Of a stretch of 32,870 nucleotides of DNA, positions 1 through 10,556 are shown piece after piece. Within the stretch, counting starts at the first letter, position 1. Every line of letters starts with the position of its first letter. The position numbers were made by a program, and so were the translations under genes. The DNA comes from Licmophora abbreviata (lineage: Eukaryota): contig OLMU01004592.1 of NCBI GenBank assembly GCA_900291995.1, positions 1 to 32,870 of the forward strand, in the 5' to 3' direction. The notes under the pieces were generated by a model that made no database searches, was not told the DNA's origin, and saw only the letters and a list, made by a program, of their open reading frames with translations.

Positions 1-2
1 CT

Positions 3-521
3 ACCTCACGCCTATATGATCCTGTGCCTGAGAAAAATGTAAAATGTAGAACTTCAGCAGTGACAATGGGCATGCAGGTCAAGATTCGTATAGTCGGTCG
101 AAAGAAGTCAGGCGCTGGCGACCGCTGGCTTGAGGAAGCATATGGTATGTACGATACGCGACTACGACCGTCCGGGTTGGAGGTGGAAACCATATGGCAC
201 AAGAACGACGACGAACTGGTAAAAAATGTACGGACCGACCAATCCAAGCAACATACGGTGGTACTTCTTGATCCACAAGGAAAAATGTGCACAAGCGAAG
301 AGTTTTCGAACAAGTTATACGATTGGCTAGATCAAGGAGGGTCGCGAGTGGCCTTTGTCATAGGAGGAGCAGAGGGACTTCCAAATGAACTCAGAGAGAG
401 CTCGATCCCCAAACTGAGTTTGAGCAAACTGACTTTTACGCATCAGTTTGCGAGACTGACTTTAGCAGAACAGATCTATCGGGCATCCGAGATTCGAAAA
501 GGGTCAGGATACCACAAGTAG
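3..521 (+). CDS. rlmH: RlmH-like SPOUT rRNA methyltransferase (23S pseudouridine-1915 N3), probably organellar; 5' end may lie outside the window
   Basis: Motifs FVIGGAEGL and LSLSKLTFTHQFARLTLAEQIYRA...GYHK are typical of RlmH. The frame is open back to base 3, so a targeting peptide may be truncated. First in-window ATG is at 66. Confidence 0.9.
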   Translation, partial: TSRLYDPVPEKNVKCRTSAVTMGMQVKIRIVGRKKSGAGDRWLEEAYGMYDTRLRPSGLEVETIWHKNDDELVKNVRTDQSKQHTVVLLDPQGKMCTSEEFSNKLYDWLDQGGSRVAFVIGGAEGLPNELRESSIPKLSLSKLTFTHQFARLTLAEQIYRASEIRKGSGYHK

Positions 522-705
522 CATCTCGGTAGAATAGATACGAAAACACCTCAATATCGCTTCCAGCTGCTAGAACATGATTGCTACTCTATCGTAATCA
601 TGAAAAGACACAACGCAATGGGGGGTTACAGCCTCTCCTCGACGTTGCTGAACCGTACCAGGTAGTGTATTGGTCATACCATTGCCATCAAGTGGCAGAG
701 GCGAG

Positions 706-737
706 ACTTGACTCGACTCGACTCGTTTGAGTCAAGT
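706..737. repeat. (GACTC)3 pentanucleotide tract within a 9-bp inverted repeat
   Basis: ACTTGACTC (706-714) and its reverse complement GAGTCAAGT (729-737); the left arm overlaps GACTCGACTCGACTC (710-724). Intergenic. Confidence 0.7.
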
Positions 738-1133
738 AAGTCAAATACTCGCGTGAACCTCAACGCGCGAAATGAGTGTTTTGGCGAGAGTTGAACCTCC
801 GGGTCTTCCACGATTTTCATTGAACTATATCCGTGGCTGTTTACAAATCATTGTCTAATTGTTTTAGCAAGCGTCATCCGCAAAATTCCAAAAAATGAAA
901 ATGGCGCCTACCTCACAATCGCCACAGCTGCCTTTGACACATGTTGATAGAGCGACAACCGCTGTTTGATCCCGACTTGTGCAGCCAAAAGGGATCGAAC
1001 AACCAGGGAGTGTACTAGAGATTCCTGGGTTTAACGAAAATCTACGAAAAAGGGAGGGTGTTGGAGCAAAATGAGAAGATCGGGCAGACCCGAGGAGAGA
1101 GGCTTCTCATCACATGCCGGCAAGCATCAGTTA

Positions 1134-2560
1134 ATGTGGCTTGTGGCATGTCTCCTGCTGTTGAAGCCTGCTTCGGCGTTTCGGACACTATCATTTGCAA
1201 GGAAGTCTGCCAGATTGAGTTCACAGAAGCCGTATCGGGCACTTTGGGAAGTAAATGCAAGAGTCACCGCTAGGCAACGATACCCGAGTGATACCCTCAG
1301 GATGAGTGCTGTGGTGCGTGTCGACTGACCTCGAGATGAAGCGATGCTGGTCCATACTGTCCACTGATTCATCGTTTCGTATGTTTCGTTGCCATCTCTC
1401 CCTTTGTCTCCCCCCACAGCCCCATGGCAACATAGCTGTGTCGATCGATACTCCACTCTTCCCGACGAAGTCTGCCCCTAATACCAAGAAGATCTTTTGG
1501 AAGTCCCTCACTGGTGTTTTAGCTTCAGATGCCTCAAAAATTGCAGCAGCGGCTTTTGCTGTGGCATTGATCATTGCAGTGGTGGCGCGTGGCTCCTCTG
1601 GCTCTAGTCTCTCGGTTTTTTGGAAGACGATACAGGCACGGCTTGTGCAATGGAAGGAAGCCGTCGCCTCTACAGTACAGTCATCCGGAACGCAGCTAAC
1701 AGGCGTTCCTTTGACTTTCAATAGCACTGAAAGTGACGGATGGGGTGTGTGCACGTTGCGATCCAAGAAGCGCTTGGGAAAATCCAGCTTTGTGCAGTAC
1801 GATTTTGATTTGCCAAGAGCGGACAATGTTTTGCAGCTCGAACTTGGGCAGCAGCTATCGCTGTGTTGTCTTGACAGCGGCGACAGTGTGGCCAAAGGAG
1901 AATTCTACATGTATCATGGAGAAAAGTCGAGGCTGGGAACGTTTTCAATTCTGGCTCCCAACAAGAGTCCTGGTGATAATGAATATGAAGTCGGAAAGGA
2001 CGCGGCCAATTTTGTACGTAATTGCGACTGATACATCTTGAAGAAGCCCGCAAGTTGATCTCATCCTGTCTTTTCTCTGCTCTTAGGTTCGGGTTCTCAA
2101 GGAAGATCTAAAAGTTGGAGACGAGGTGGCGTTAAAGCCGGGAGCGCAAAAGCTGAGCTATCGCGGACAGTACTTGCCTGTCACAGACATTGTCTACCTA
2201 GCGTCAGGAGTCGGAGTCGTGCCGGTTGTGGAGCAAATGAAGTCAATCTTGCCAAGTGGATCGTCTAGTGTCAAGAGTGTGACGGTGGTATGGATCAACG
2301 AGGAAACAGACGACTTTGATGTGACGGCAGAAGAGCTGGAGCAAGAGTACTTCAAGTACAGCACCAAGCTGGCTGTCTCTTGCATCGTAGACAATCTACG
2401 TTCGAATACACTCGAGGAGAACGCAGAATTGACCTCGGCCGTTCCTGATTTTCAGCCAGGCATCATGGGGGTCATCTCGGGACCCGAGGAATTGTCGAGG
2501 GACGCGCGACGGTACTTGCTAAATCGGGGATATCCCGATGACTGTATTTGTGTCTTGTAG
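1134..2560 (+). CDS. Plastid-targeted ferredoxin-NADP reductase / NADH-cytochrome b5 reductase-like protein with internal TM helix; 3 exons (1134-1313, 1420-2013, 2087-2560)
   Basis: N-terminus MWLVACLLLLKPASA-FRT is a signal peptide + ASAF motif (alternative start 1071). Introns 1314-1419 (GTGCGT..CAG) and 2014-2086 (GTACGT..TAG) are both phase 0 and join three ORFs in frame. Motifs LxLGQ, YLASGVGVVP (NAD-binding GxGxxP) and ISGP. Confidence 0.75.
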
Positions 2561-2682
2561 TACGGGCAGACATGGTACACATATTATCTGCTGCGATGAT
2601 GGGGATCGCGCTACAGTATTAAAAACGACAATGGTTTAATGTTACTTGTTTTCTTTCGTGATACGCACTATGCGTCGTGTTA

Positions 2683-4026
2683 TTATGCAAAGCTAGCTAG
2701 AATTAAGAGGACCGTCAGTTTTCCCTCTTCGACCGCTCGATCGACTGTTTCCTTGTCTTGACCGCCATCTTGATAGACTTGCCAGGCCCGATACACCATG
2801 GCGCCACTTCCGAAGATGGCTAGTAACATTCGTCTGGACACGGCTGTTTTCCACCAAAACATGTCTCGTTTGGCCTCCATTATCATAGCATACAGAGGTC
2901 CACCCACAGCAATCAATCCCGTTCCAATGGTAGACAGTAGTGCTACTCGACTTGCATACTTTCGACCATGTCTCACGGGAATCGTCTGCACTCCCTGCAA
3001 TCGATCGTCCTTCCTGTCATTGATATCCATGAGGACCTCTCTACCAAAGAAGCCCATAAACAAGGTAGACACCAATCGCAGCAAGGAAGGAATTCCAAGG
3101 ACTCTCCACGATGCAATGCTGCTTGCTACTTCAACTTGTTGTCGTTGTAACATCAAATGATAGGCCGACGCCCCCGAAGTCATGGGACTCAAGGCAATCA
3201 GCACCGCACAAACCACATTCTTCCACCACGTGAGCGGCTTGAGGTGTTGTGTATACGAGTAAGTCAACATAACTCCAATGGTAACGGACAATCTCGCCGG
3301 CACTCCTGGAATGACACAGACGGTCAAAAGTATGGTCGCGTAGAGAATAGAGAGGAAGCGTCGCACGAGGCTGGAGCTGACGCGGCCGCTCACGAGCGGT
3401 TTTTCCAACGACTTGCTGGCATCGACACCCGACCGATTGTCGTAGTAATCATTGACCAACATGCTTGTAGAGGATGTGAGTAAGAGCGACAGCAATACAA
3501 GGAGCATTTGAGGGTTTGCCAGGGTTTGAAGTAACAAACGCGTCGTGGGAACAGACGAGGTAGTAGTAGTACTCAGAGTCATCCCACCGCTGGTCGTCAT
3601 CATGGCCAACCAAACTCCCAGGGTATGAAATAGAAAGACACCGGGAAAATTAGAAGGACGGCACATGGTCCATAGATCGCGTCGACACGACCAAAGTGTC
3701 GAATGAGGGCTCTGTGAGGATCCATCCGCAAACCCGTCGTCGTCGTTCCTGTGAAGTTTCGAACCATCCTCTCCATGACGATGATCCGCCGTATCGTCCT
3801 TTTCATCATTCATTTTTATAGACAAAGACATGATTAGTTTTGAATCTCGCTTCTGGAAAGTGGACGAACGTGATTTCGTTCTTGAATTAGAATAAGCTGA
3901 CGGCGTCGACAATGATGAGATGAGTATAGGATGCGCGCCGGAAAAGCCAAGTACTGGTACTGGCAGAGTGACAAGCGCAGTCCACAGTAGTACTTCTAGC
4001 AGTACTCGTACACGAGAGTGCCTCAT
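2683..4026 (-). CDS. UbiA-family prenyltransferase, DGGGP-synthase-like subfamily, probably plastid-targeted
   Basis: Asp-rich motifs MLVNDYYD...D and REVLMDINDRKDD...GVQTIPV; multiple TM helices; N-terminal signal peptide ending VLG-F followed by a Ser-rich transit-like region. Start taken at ATG 4026. Confidence 0.85.
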   Translation of the reverse strand: MRHSRVRVLLEVLLWTALVTLPVPVLGFSGAHPILISSLSTPSAYSNSRTKSRSSTFQKRDSKLIMSLSIKMNDEKDDTADHRHGEDGSKLHRNDDDGFADGSSQSPHSTLWSCRRDLWTMCRPSNFPGVFLFHTLGVWLAMMTTSGGMTLSTTTTSSVPTTRLLLQTLANPQMLLVLLSLLLTSSTSMLVNDYYDNRSGVDASKSLEKPLVSGRVSSSLVRRFLSILYATILLTVCVIPGVPARLSVTIGVMLTYSYTQHLKPLTWWKNVVCAVLIALSPMTSGASAYHLMLQRQQVEVASSIASWRVLGIPSLLRLVSTLFMGFFGREVLMDINDRKDDRLQGVQTIPVRHGRKYASRVALLSTIGTGLIAVGGPLYAMIMEAKRDMFWWKTAVSRRMLLAIFGSGAMVYRAWQVYQDGGQDKETVDRAVEEGKLTVLLILASFA

Positions 4027-4363
4027 GATAATGATGACCAAGTAATGGAAGAGTCAGAGAATGTATGATCGCAGCATTCATCCGTAATGCCATGGCGTCG
4101 AGGCTAACATTGAAACACGAGAGAAAGAAAAAAGCGCGCCGTTGCATCTCACGGCAGAGAGGGCTAATTCGATCGCAAAATGCAGATGGTATCTAAAGAC
4201 GTCTGTCCGGCCATCCGGAAGGATTCCCAGATTTTTTGAATTCAATCGCAAGACACACAAAAAAGGCAACGCCGCCGGCGACCAAGATCATTGCCCTCGC
4301 CCACCTAAGGCCTAAACACTACTTGTTGTTGTTTTTGATTTCTCTCGCAAGAGTCTCTCCACC

Positions 4364-5117
4364 ATGGCAGCAGCAGCTCCTCCTCCTCAAACCTTTCCCT
4401 ATGATCATTTGTTTAAAATTCTCATCATTGGCGATGCGGGCGTAGGAAAAGTATGAACAAATGAACCAACCCAGCCGGCAATCAACAACGACTCGACTCG
4501 ACTCGACTCACCATGATGCTCCTGCCGTATTTTTATTTTTTCTTTCTCTCTAGTCTTCCATGCTCTTACGCTTTACTGACGACTCCTTCGACGAACACAT
4601 TCAAAGTACGATTGGCGTCGACTTCAAGGTCAAACACCTCGAGCTGCAGGGCAAACGCGTCAAGCTCACCGTCTGGGACACGGCCGGCCAGGAACGCTTT
4701 CGGACCTTGACGTCGAGCTACTATCGCGGCGCCCACGGTGTCGCGCTCGTATACGATGTCACTCGTCCCGAAACACTCACCAATCTTCAACAGTGGTTGA
4801 AGGAAGTTCAATTGTACTCTCCCAACAATGGGGAGAGTGTAGTCAAACTCTTGGTGGGGAACAAGATGGATTTGCAGCCTCAACGGGTGTCTAGAGAGGA
4901 GGGAGAAGCCTGGGCGCGGCAGCAGGGCATGTTGTTTCTAGAAGCTTCTGCTAAAACCAAACTCGGCATTCGACAAGTCTTTCTAGAAGTGGTGCAGAAG
5001 ATATTGCAGGATCCAGATCTACTTGCCACGACGACACCCGGTGGCAAGCCCAAATTGCAGTTGCGACCACAGTATCCGAGACCGACGTCCAGAGAAGATG
5101 ACAATGGGTGTTGTTAG
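4364..5117 (+). CDS. RAB18: Rab18 (RabC) small GTPase; 2 exons (4364-4450, 4554-5117)
   Basis: Splicing intron 4451-4553 (GTATGA..TAG, phase 0) restores the P-loop GDAGVGKSS. Motifs TIGVDFKVK, WDTAGQERFRTLTSSYYRGA (Rab18 signature), GNKMD, EASAK and C-terminal CC prenylation site. Confidence 0.93.
4490..4509 (+). repeat. (GACTC)4 microsatellite in the Rab18 intron
   Basis: GACTCGACTCGACTCGACTC running into CTCAC, a plausible branch point. Confidence 0.8.
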
Positions 5118-5278
5118 AAAAAGAGAGAAAACGAGAGTGGGGGAAAACATGTTGATGATCTGGGGATCTTAATGATTTCTCGCATGGGAACTTTCTACCA
5201 CATTTGTGTATGTGTCAGTCATTGTACAGTGCATGTCTACACTATAGAGTGGCAGTAGCAACAACAGCAACAATATGT

Positions 5279-6522
5279 CTAAATGTCGGGCTCTTCATCT
5301 TCGTCGTCGTGAACGTAATCTACCTCGTCGTCATCGTCATCAAAGTCCAAATCATCCAGATCGTCGTCAACATCGAACAAATCTTCGTCGACATCCAGCT
5401 CACTCGGATCAATCTCATCCTTCTCTGCCTCTTCCGCCGCCGCCTCTATGGCTTGCATACTAATAGTGCCACTCTGCTTGTCACTAAACTGCTCGTAGCC
5501 GGTGAGCCGCTTTGACTTTTCATCCTTCTTACTAGCGGCCGCCGCTTCACTCTTTTTCGTCTTGCTGCCCTCCTGTTGTTCTGCCTTTTGTTCTTGCAGG
5601 AGCACCAATTGCGCCGCCTGTTCCGCATCAAACCTACGCTTCCAATCTTCAAAGTTCTCCTTGTTGCACGGCGTTCCCTCCGCGCGTCGTCGGCGCACCT
5701 CCAAGTCCTCTTGTTCCGTCTGCGTCATCTCTTCCTGCTGCTTTTGCGCCTCGAACTCTTGTTGCTTTTGAGTCTTTGGGAGAAACGAAACGCCAGAGTG
5801 TCAGTACAGGAAAGATATATACAAATGTAGCCAACATCGGATATTATCCCGGAGAGGTCACTGGTCGTCGTCGATTGAGCGCCTTGGCGGCGCTGCACGC
5901 AACCACCTATACAACCGGGATCTTGTTCCGTGCCAATAGATTTTTCTTGCACACATCATAAAGAAAGTATCATATGACCAATCGAAAGGTGCGAGGGGAC
6001 ATTTTCATAGATATACCGTGTGCTCATCGTCGTCGTCGTCGTCATAAACTCATACAATACGGTGCGGCCACTCTTGATACGTACCTCTTTTCGTTCCGCT
6101 TCTTGGGCACGTCGCATCATTTGGGCATGCATACTGGCATCATCGAGTCCCTTGACGTTGTGATCGACCAACCACTCTCGTAGTACCTCGCAAACTGCGA
6201 AAATTGCTGGCATGCCTGCGTTGTTTCGAGCCTCCTTTTGGGCGAGCTGGAGCAGCTCACCCTGATGGTCGTCCGTAAGGCCCTTGACGAGCTTGATTTC
6301 CAAATCCGGAAGACTGATTTCTGGATAATCGAGTGGGAGTGAACAGTGTAACTCGATCGTAACATGATTCTGTTCGTCGTGCTCTTCAGGATTGCAGTCC
6401 ACCGGTACTAACGTGACGCTCCATCGGAATGGCTGCGTATCCGAGACAATGTGAAAGGATGTATCGAAAATGGCCCCCAGGGCTTCCTGTTCCATCTCTT
6501 GTTCTTCGCAGTGATCAGACAT
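5279..6522 (-). CDS. RWDD1: RWD domain protein (RWDD1/Gir2/DFRP2-like); 2 exons (6522-6085, 5773-5279)
   Basis: MSDHCEEQEMEQEALGAIF, YPEISLP and GMPAIFAV are RWD-domain features; GTPCNKENFEDWKRRF and KRLTGYEQF match the DFRP C-terminal region; acidic tail. Intron 6084-5774 (GTACGT..AAG, 311 nt, phase 0) joins both ORFs in frame. Confidence 0.88.
5823..6023 (-). ncRNA. Candidate intron-encoded H/ACA-box snoRNA/scaRNA-like RNA (~201 nt)
   Basis: Minus strand. Hairpin 1 is closed by GCACAC/GTGTGC with inner TATC-TATGA/TCATA-T-GATA; then AGAAAA (H box ANANNA, 5947-5942); hairpin 2 has ATCCCGG/CCGGGAT, GGTTG/CGACC and AGCGCC/GGCGCT; then ACA-TTT (5828-5823). It lies in the only long intron of the window. 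Confidence 0.55.
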
Positions 6523-6789
6523 GTTGATAGTGAGTGCGCAGTGGCGATTAAAACGGTAGAGACACAGGGAAGCTGGAGTGGGGCTGTTAATCAACGAGCT
6601 GCAACTCGATCGGCGCCATTTTGTGCGGTCGGCGGTCGCAATGAGTATCATCGCCGCGACGGTCGGCGACGGACGGACGCGATCGGGAGAGACCGAATCA
6701 AAAGGCATCTCTAGTACAAAGCCTAAATACTACCTCTTTGAAGCATCGCTTAGCATGTCTTTCTGTGCTACTCTCTCTACTTTCGTATA

Positions 6790-9540
6790 TTAGTTTCGCA
6801 AATGAGATGGGTGAATGTCCTCGGCGTATTGCAGAGAACGGAGCAAATCCGTTTCCAACGCCACAACGCCACACGCATCCGAGCAAAACATGGAATCAAA
6901 CCTTGGTTTTCGTTGGCAACCCTTGCGGGCGCATCTGGACATATCCACGGAGCCAGTATCAAGATGAGGAGCATGAGGGCCTGCAGTGCGGCCTATAGCG
7001 TTGCGCGCGGCATGGTGGTATCCATCTTGTTCGCGAGACGCACTTGAAGGACTGATGGGTTCCACATAGGACTTGGCCGGATCAATGTCCATTGTCGTGT
7101 CATCGCTGGGGTCAAATAGATTTCGTCGGGCCTTGGAAAATCCAGCTGCGATCTCTTTTCGGATGTCGTTTTGCAGGAACAGCGTCATGTTGTGGCGATC
7201 CGTGTAAGCTTCTGCAAGCAACAAAATAAAGCAGAGGGGCTGTTTCGTCAGGACACGAATACTCGCGCCGAGCTTCAGACTCCCTCGTCGCACGCACGCG
7301 AGCATACACACACACACATACCTGCATCTTCAACGGAAACTAGAAGACGTTCTAATTCACGTGTCCGAACCTTGGAGCGCTCTTTTGGGCGGAAACCAAA
7401 GCCCCTCCCTAGTTTCTGCGCCATTTCCGACCACTGTTTTTCGGCCTTGTCGTGCCGAGAATGTACACTGCGTGTGTGCCCTCCAATATGAGTCGCCGAA
7501 ACACTGCCCAATGGCCACTTGTATGTTCCACTGTGCTTGGCAAATGATGCCTGACGTATGACTGCAGATGTCTCCAGAGCGCGGCGAAGCTGTTCCGTTC
7601 TCTGACGCTCGAGTCGCGCCTTCCCGCGTGGGAATGGTTCTAGAATCTTCTGCTCTTCATGGCACTCGTCGCATATAGCAACGAAAGGCTTACCTTCCGT
7701 GATACATTCGCGCACAGAATATGGCTTGTAGTGCCCACCACAACTCGCATGTCTCCAGGTGCTGCAAACTGAGCAACACACCATAACGTCATTGCAGTAG
7801 CTCTCAGTTACCTGCCAGCAGAAGGCGTGATCCGGAGCGTTCCCACCTTTCTTGTTCCGCATATGTTGACGATGAATCCTGCAATGGGGTAGTTTCTCGA
7901 CTACACCAGGTTCAGCATTCTTTGTGAATCTCGTTCGAATTGACGCCATGTCAGCGCGGAAACGAGACCCCTCGGGGTGCAGAGAAGAGTTGGGAAAGTC
8001 GTCTTCGTCACTCTGTTCCCCGTGCATCCGACGCTCGCGGCGAATCGTCGTGATGGAAGGCCACCAAGTGTCGACCGGATAAGGGTACTCAACTGGGGCC
8101 ATTGGAGAGCTCAATGAGTTGGCCTTGGAAGTACGCTTCGGAGTTTCGTTAACATTAACCGCATCTTCGAACGGACCGGCATCTCCATGTAGGTGGGCCG
8201 CTTCATCATTGTCGGGGCCCCTGGCCTTCACCAGAGTCCCCGTCTCAAACATAGGCTCTTCCTGTAACGACGGAATCGAAGATTTGAAGTTTGGAAGTTC
8301 GATAACAAACGCAGCCGGGACGCTCATAACACTTTCTTCTCCTTCTTCTTCTCCCTCCCCCTCATCCTCCTCCTCCTCCTCCACGTCCGAGTCTGGCCAT
8401 ACAACACTCTTGAGGCCTGTCATGAGTGACGCGGCATTGTCGGCCTTCTGATCTTCAGCAGCTGCCTCCAGCAGGCCCTCTACCGTTCCGAGCTTGATCA
8501 GCTCTTCCACTGGAGACGGACTCCGGCTGGGAGGCGTCATCTCAAGTCGCTCCTCAGTGGCGCTCTGCAAAAGACCCTCAACTGCATCGCGATCGGACGA
8601 GTCGGCAATGGCGTTGAGCAGCGCCTGCCCTTCTTTCGCTGCCCTCTTCTTCTGCGCCATCTTGCTCCTGTTACGGCGAGGTTTTACGGGCAGAATGTCA
8701 CCCGAGGTACCGTCATGATACTGTGGAAAGTGCTGAAGAGTACCCTCTCGCTTGTAAAATTCCTCGCGAGAGATTGGGTCGTTTCGATGGATTTGAAGCT
8801 TGAATGTCGACAGATCGATTTCTTCTGGGCTTGGCCGCTTGAAGGAAGCATGATCAACGGTCGGTCGTGACCCAAAGGAACCTGGTGCATCTGGCATGAG
8901 CACGTCGTTCTCGTACTCACTGATCCCGGCGGCTCCTCCCATTGTCGGGGGAGGGACTCCGACGGAGGGTTTCGGCTGCTGAGGGAGCTGGCCGGCCTGA
9001 TGTTGTTGGAGCTGAAAGCGGCGCAGTTGCTCTTGTTGCTTTAAAAGCATTTGTTCTTCACGCTGCTGGTTGAGTATCATTTGCTCCTCCTGACGAAGAC
9101 CTGCCATGGTCTGATGACCAGATTGGGCGTACTGCTGGAGCTCGAACAGTCGCTGTTGTTGTTGCTGCTGTTGAAGCGACGTGGCGACGCCACCGAACAA
9201 ATTCTGTTGATCAAACTGATCTTGGAGTAGCAATTGACGAATTTGAAGATCACGCTGAAGGTTGCGCTGAAGATCGCGCTGGCGCTGTATATAAAGAGCT
9301 TCCTCCATTCCCATGGCGGCCTGCATACGCAAATTTTGCTGGCATAAATGGGAGAAATAGCAAAAAGGGAAATAACAAACGATGAGGTTGACGTTTGGCT
9401 CAGATAAATAGAACCAAGGAAAAAGATAACGGACGGGCCAGTTACCATCGGCTCGCGATCAGTCGGAGCACAGTACTCACCGCCTGCTGTCTCTGTTGTT
9501 GGCTCCCGGGCGTTTCATACGGGTTAAAACGATTGTCCAT
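6790..9540 (-). CDS. Nuclear protein with Gln-rich N-terminus, PHD-like finger and C-terminal Cfp1/Spp1-like C4 zinc motif; 3 exons (9540-9481, 9338-7322, 7211-6790), ~830 aa
   Basis: Introns 9480-9339 (GTGAGT..CAG, phase 0) and 7321-7212 (GTATGT..CAG, phase 1) give a continuous frame. PHD-like MVCCSVCSTWRHASC...ICDEC; C-terminal CARKGC...SMFCSDACG; polyQ, acidic tract and basic NLS-like KPRRNRSKMAQKKR. Confidence 0.75.
7306..7318. repeat. (AC)n microsatellite at the 5' end of intron 2 of the PHD gene
   Basis: ACACACACACACA directly adjacent to the GTATGT donor. Confidence 0.8.
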
Positions 9541-10556
9541 TTTGCGGTTTCACGGAATACCACGAGTCGTCTTTTCACTAACACCCGATCGCTCCAAATA
9601 AACGATATGACTTGTTGAGACGCTTCTATCAACGGTAGAACTCGAATTTACCAAGAATCAAATAGTATTGCGCTGCCACGTCTTCAACGGAGGCGTGAAT
9701 GGCACCTTCGATTTTGTGACTAAAGGAAATTTCCAATTTCTTCTTTCACCGTCCTCTTTCGTTCTATCACTCCTCTTTGAAATGATAAAATAGGTAGATT
9801 GAAAGTGTTGGAAGAGGGAAAGCGTGGAAAGGAAGCAAGAAATAACAATGGATACACGCTGCAACTGTCGCTGTGGTGTGTGCAAATTGTGGTTCGCTCA
9901 AGCAACCCAAAAAGAGGGGAGCGAGACCCAGGGAAGTCCGGCTGGCGCTCTCGACAGGTGCACGATCTTATGGCGTTTGTTTTTTATTAAGTAGAACTTA
10001 CACTTAAAATGCGATGCTCCTTGTAGGTCGTTAAACAATGTAGTAGCCTAGATAGAAACGAGGTACATATATGTATCGCCTCACACACGGCCGTGTGCAA
10101 AATCACGTGGAGGAGTACCCCGTTCACGATTTCGTTCGCGCAGACAACATCGAAGACAAAAATGCACGAGACAGCGCGACATTCCCAATTCCGAATACAC
10201 GGAGACACAACGCACTCGTCGTCTTCCTGTGCAATTCTGCATTGCACTCTCACTCAACATTGATGAATGCGCACATGAGTATGGGATACAGTTGCTCGCT
10301 TGATCCACAAATTGTCCGGACCATTGGTAAATGGTAAAGCAGCTCACATTTTCATGAGCTTTCGTGCAACCTAGCTAGAATTGCTGAGATATCTCTAGAA
10401 TACAGGACCAATCTCTAGACACCTGCTACCTCAATAGATACAAAATACTCGTTTATTCCCTATGAAATCTTTGTGCTGTGCACATCCTGTTACACAAGTA
10501 CCAATGCGACAGTCGAATCAACAAATATTGACGATGCCCTTCTTCGTTCATCTGTC

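Noticed and set aside
1221..1895. 224-aa minus-strand ORF and many similar antisense ORFs (e.g. 12984-13628, 29740-30492, 31878-32336)
   Set aside because: Shadows of real genes on the opposite strand, with no recognisable motifs.
5774..6084. Long RWDD1 intron as a TPP riboswitch, C/D snoRNA, U17/snR30 or skipped exon
   Set aside because: No CUGAGA/ACCUGAU TPP core; only an imperfect box C (ATGATGT), and the CTGA doubles as the branch point; no U17 m1/m2 motifs; the flanking exons already join in frame.
9541..10556. 1-kb gap with short ORFs (e.g. 10071-10337)
   Set aside because: No motifs, repeats or RNA-gene signature; best explained as the 5' UTR/promoter of the PHD gene plus the 3' region of the small secreted gene.
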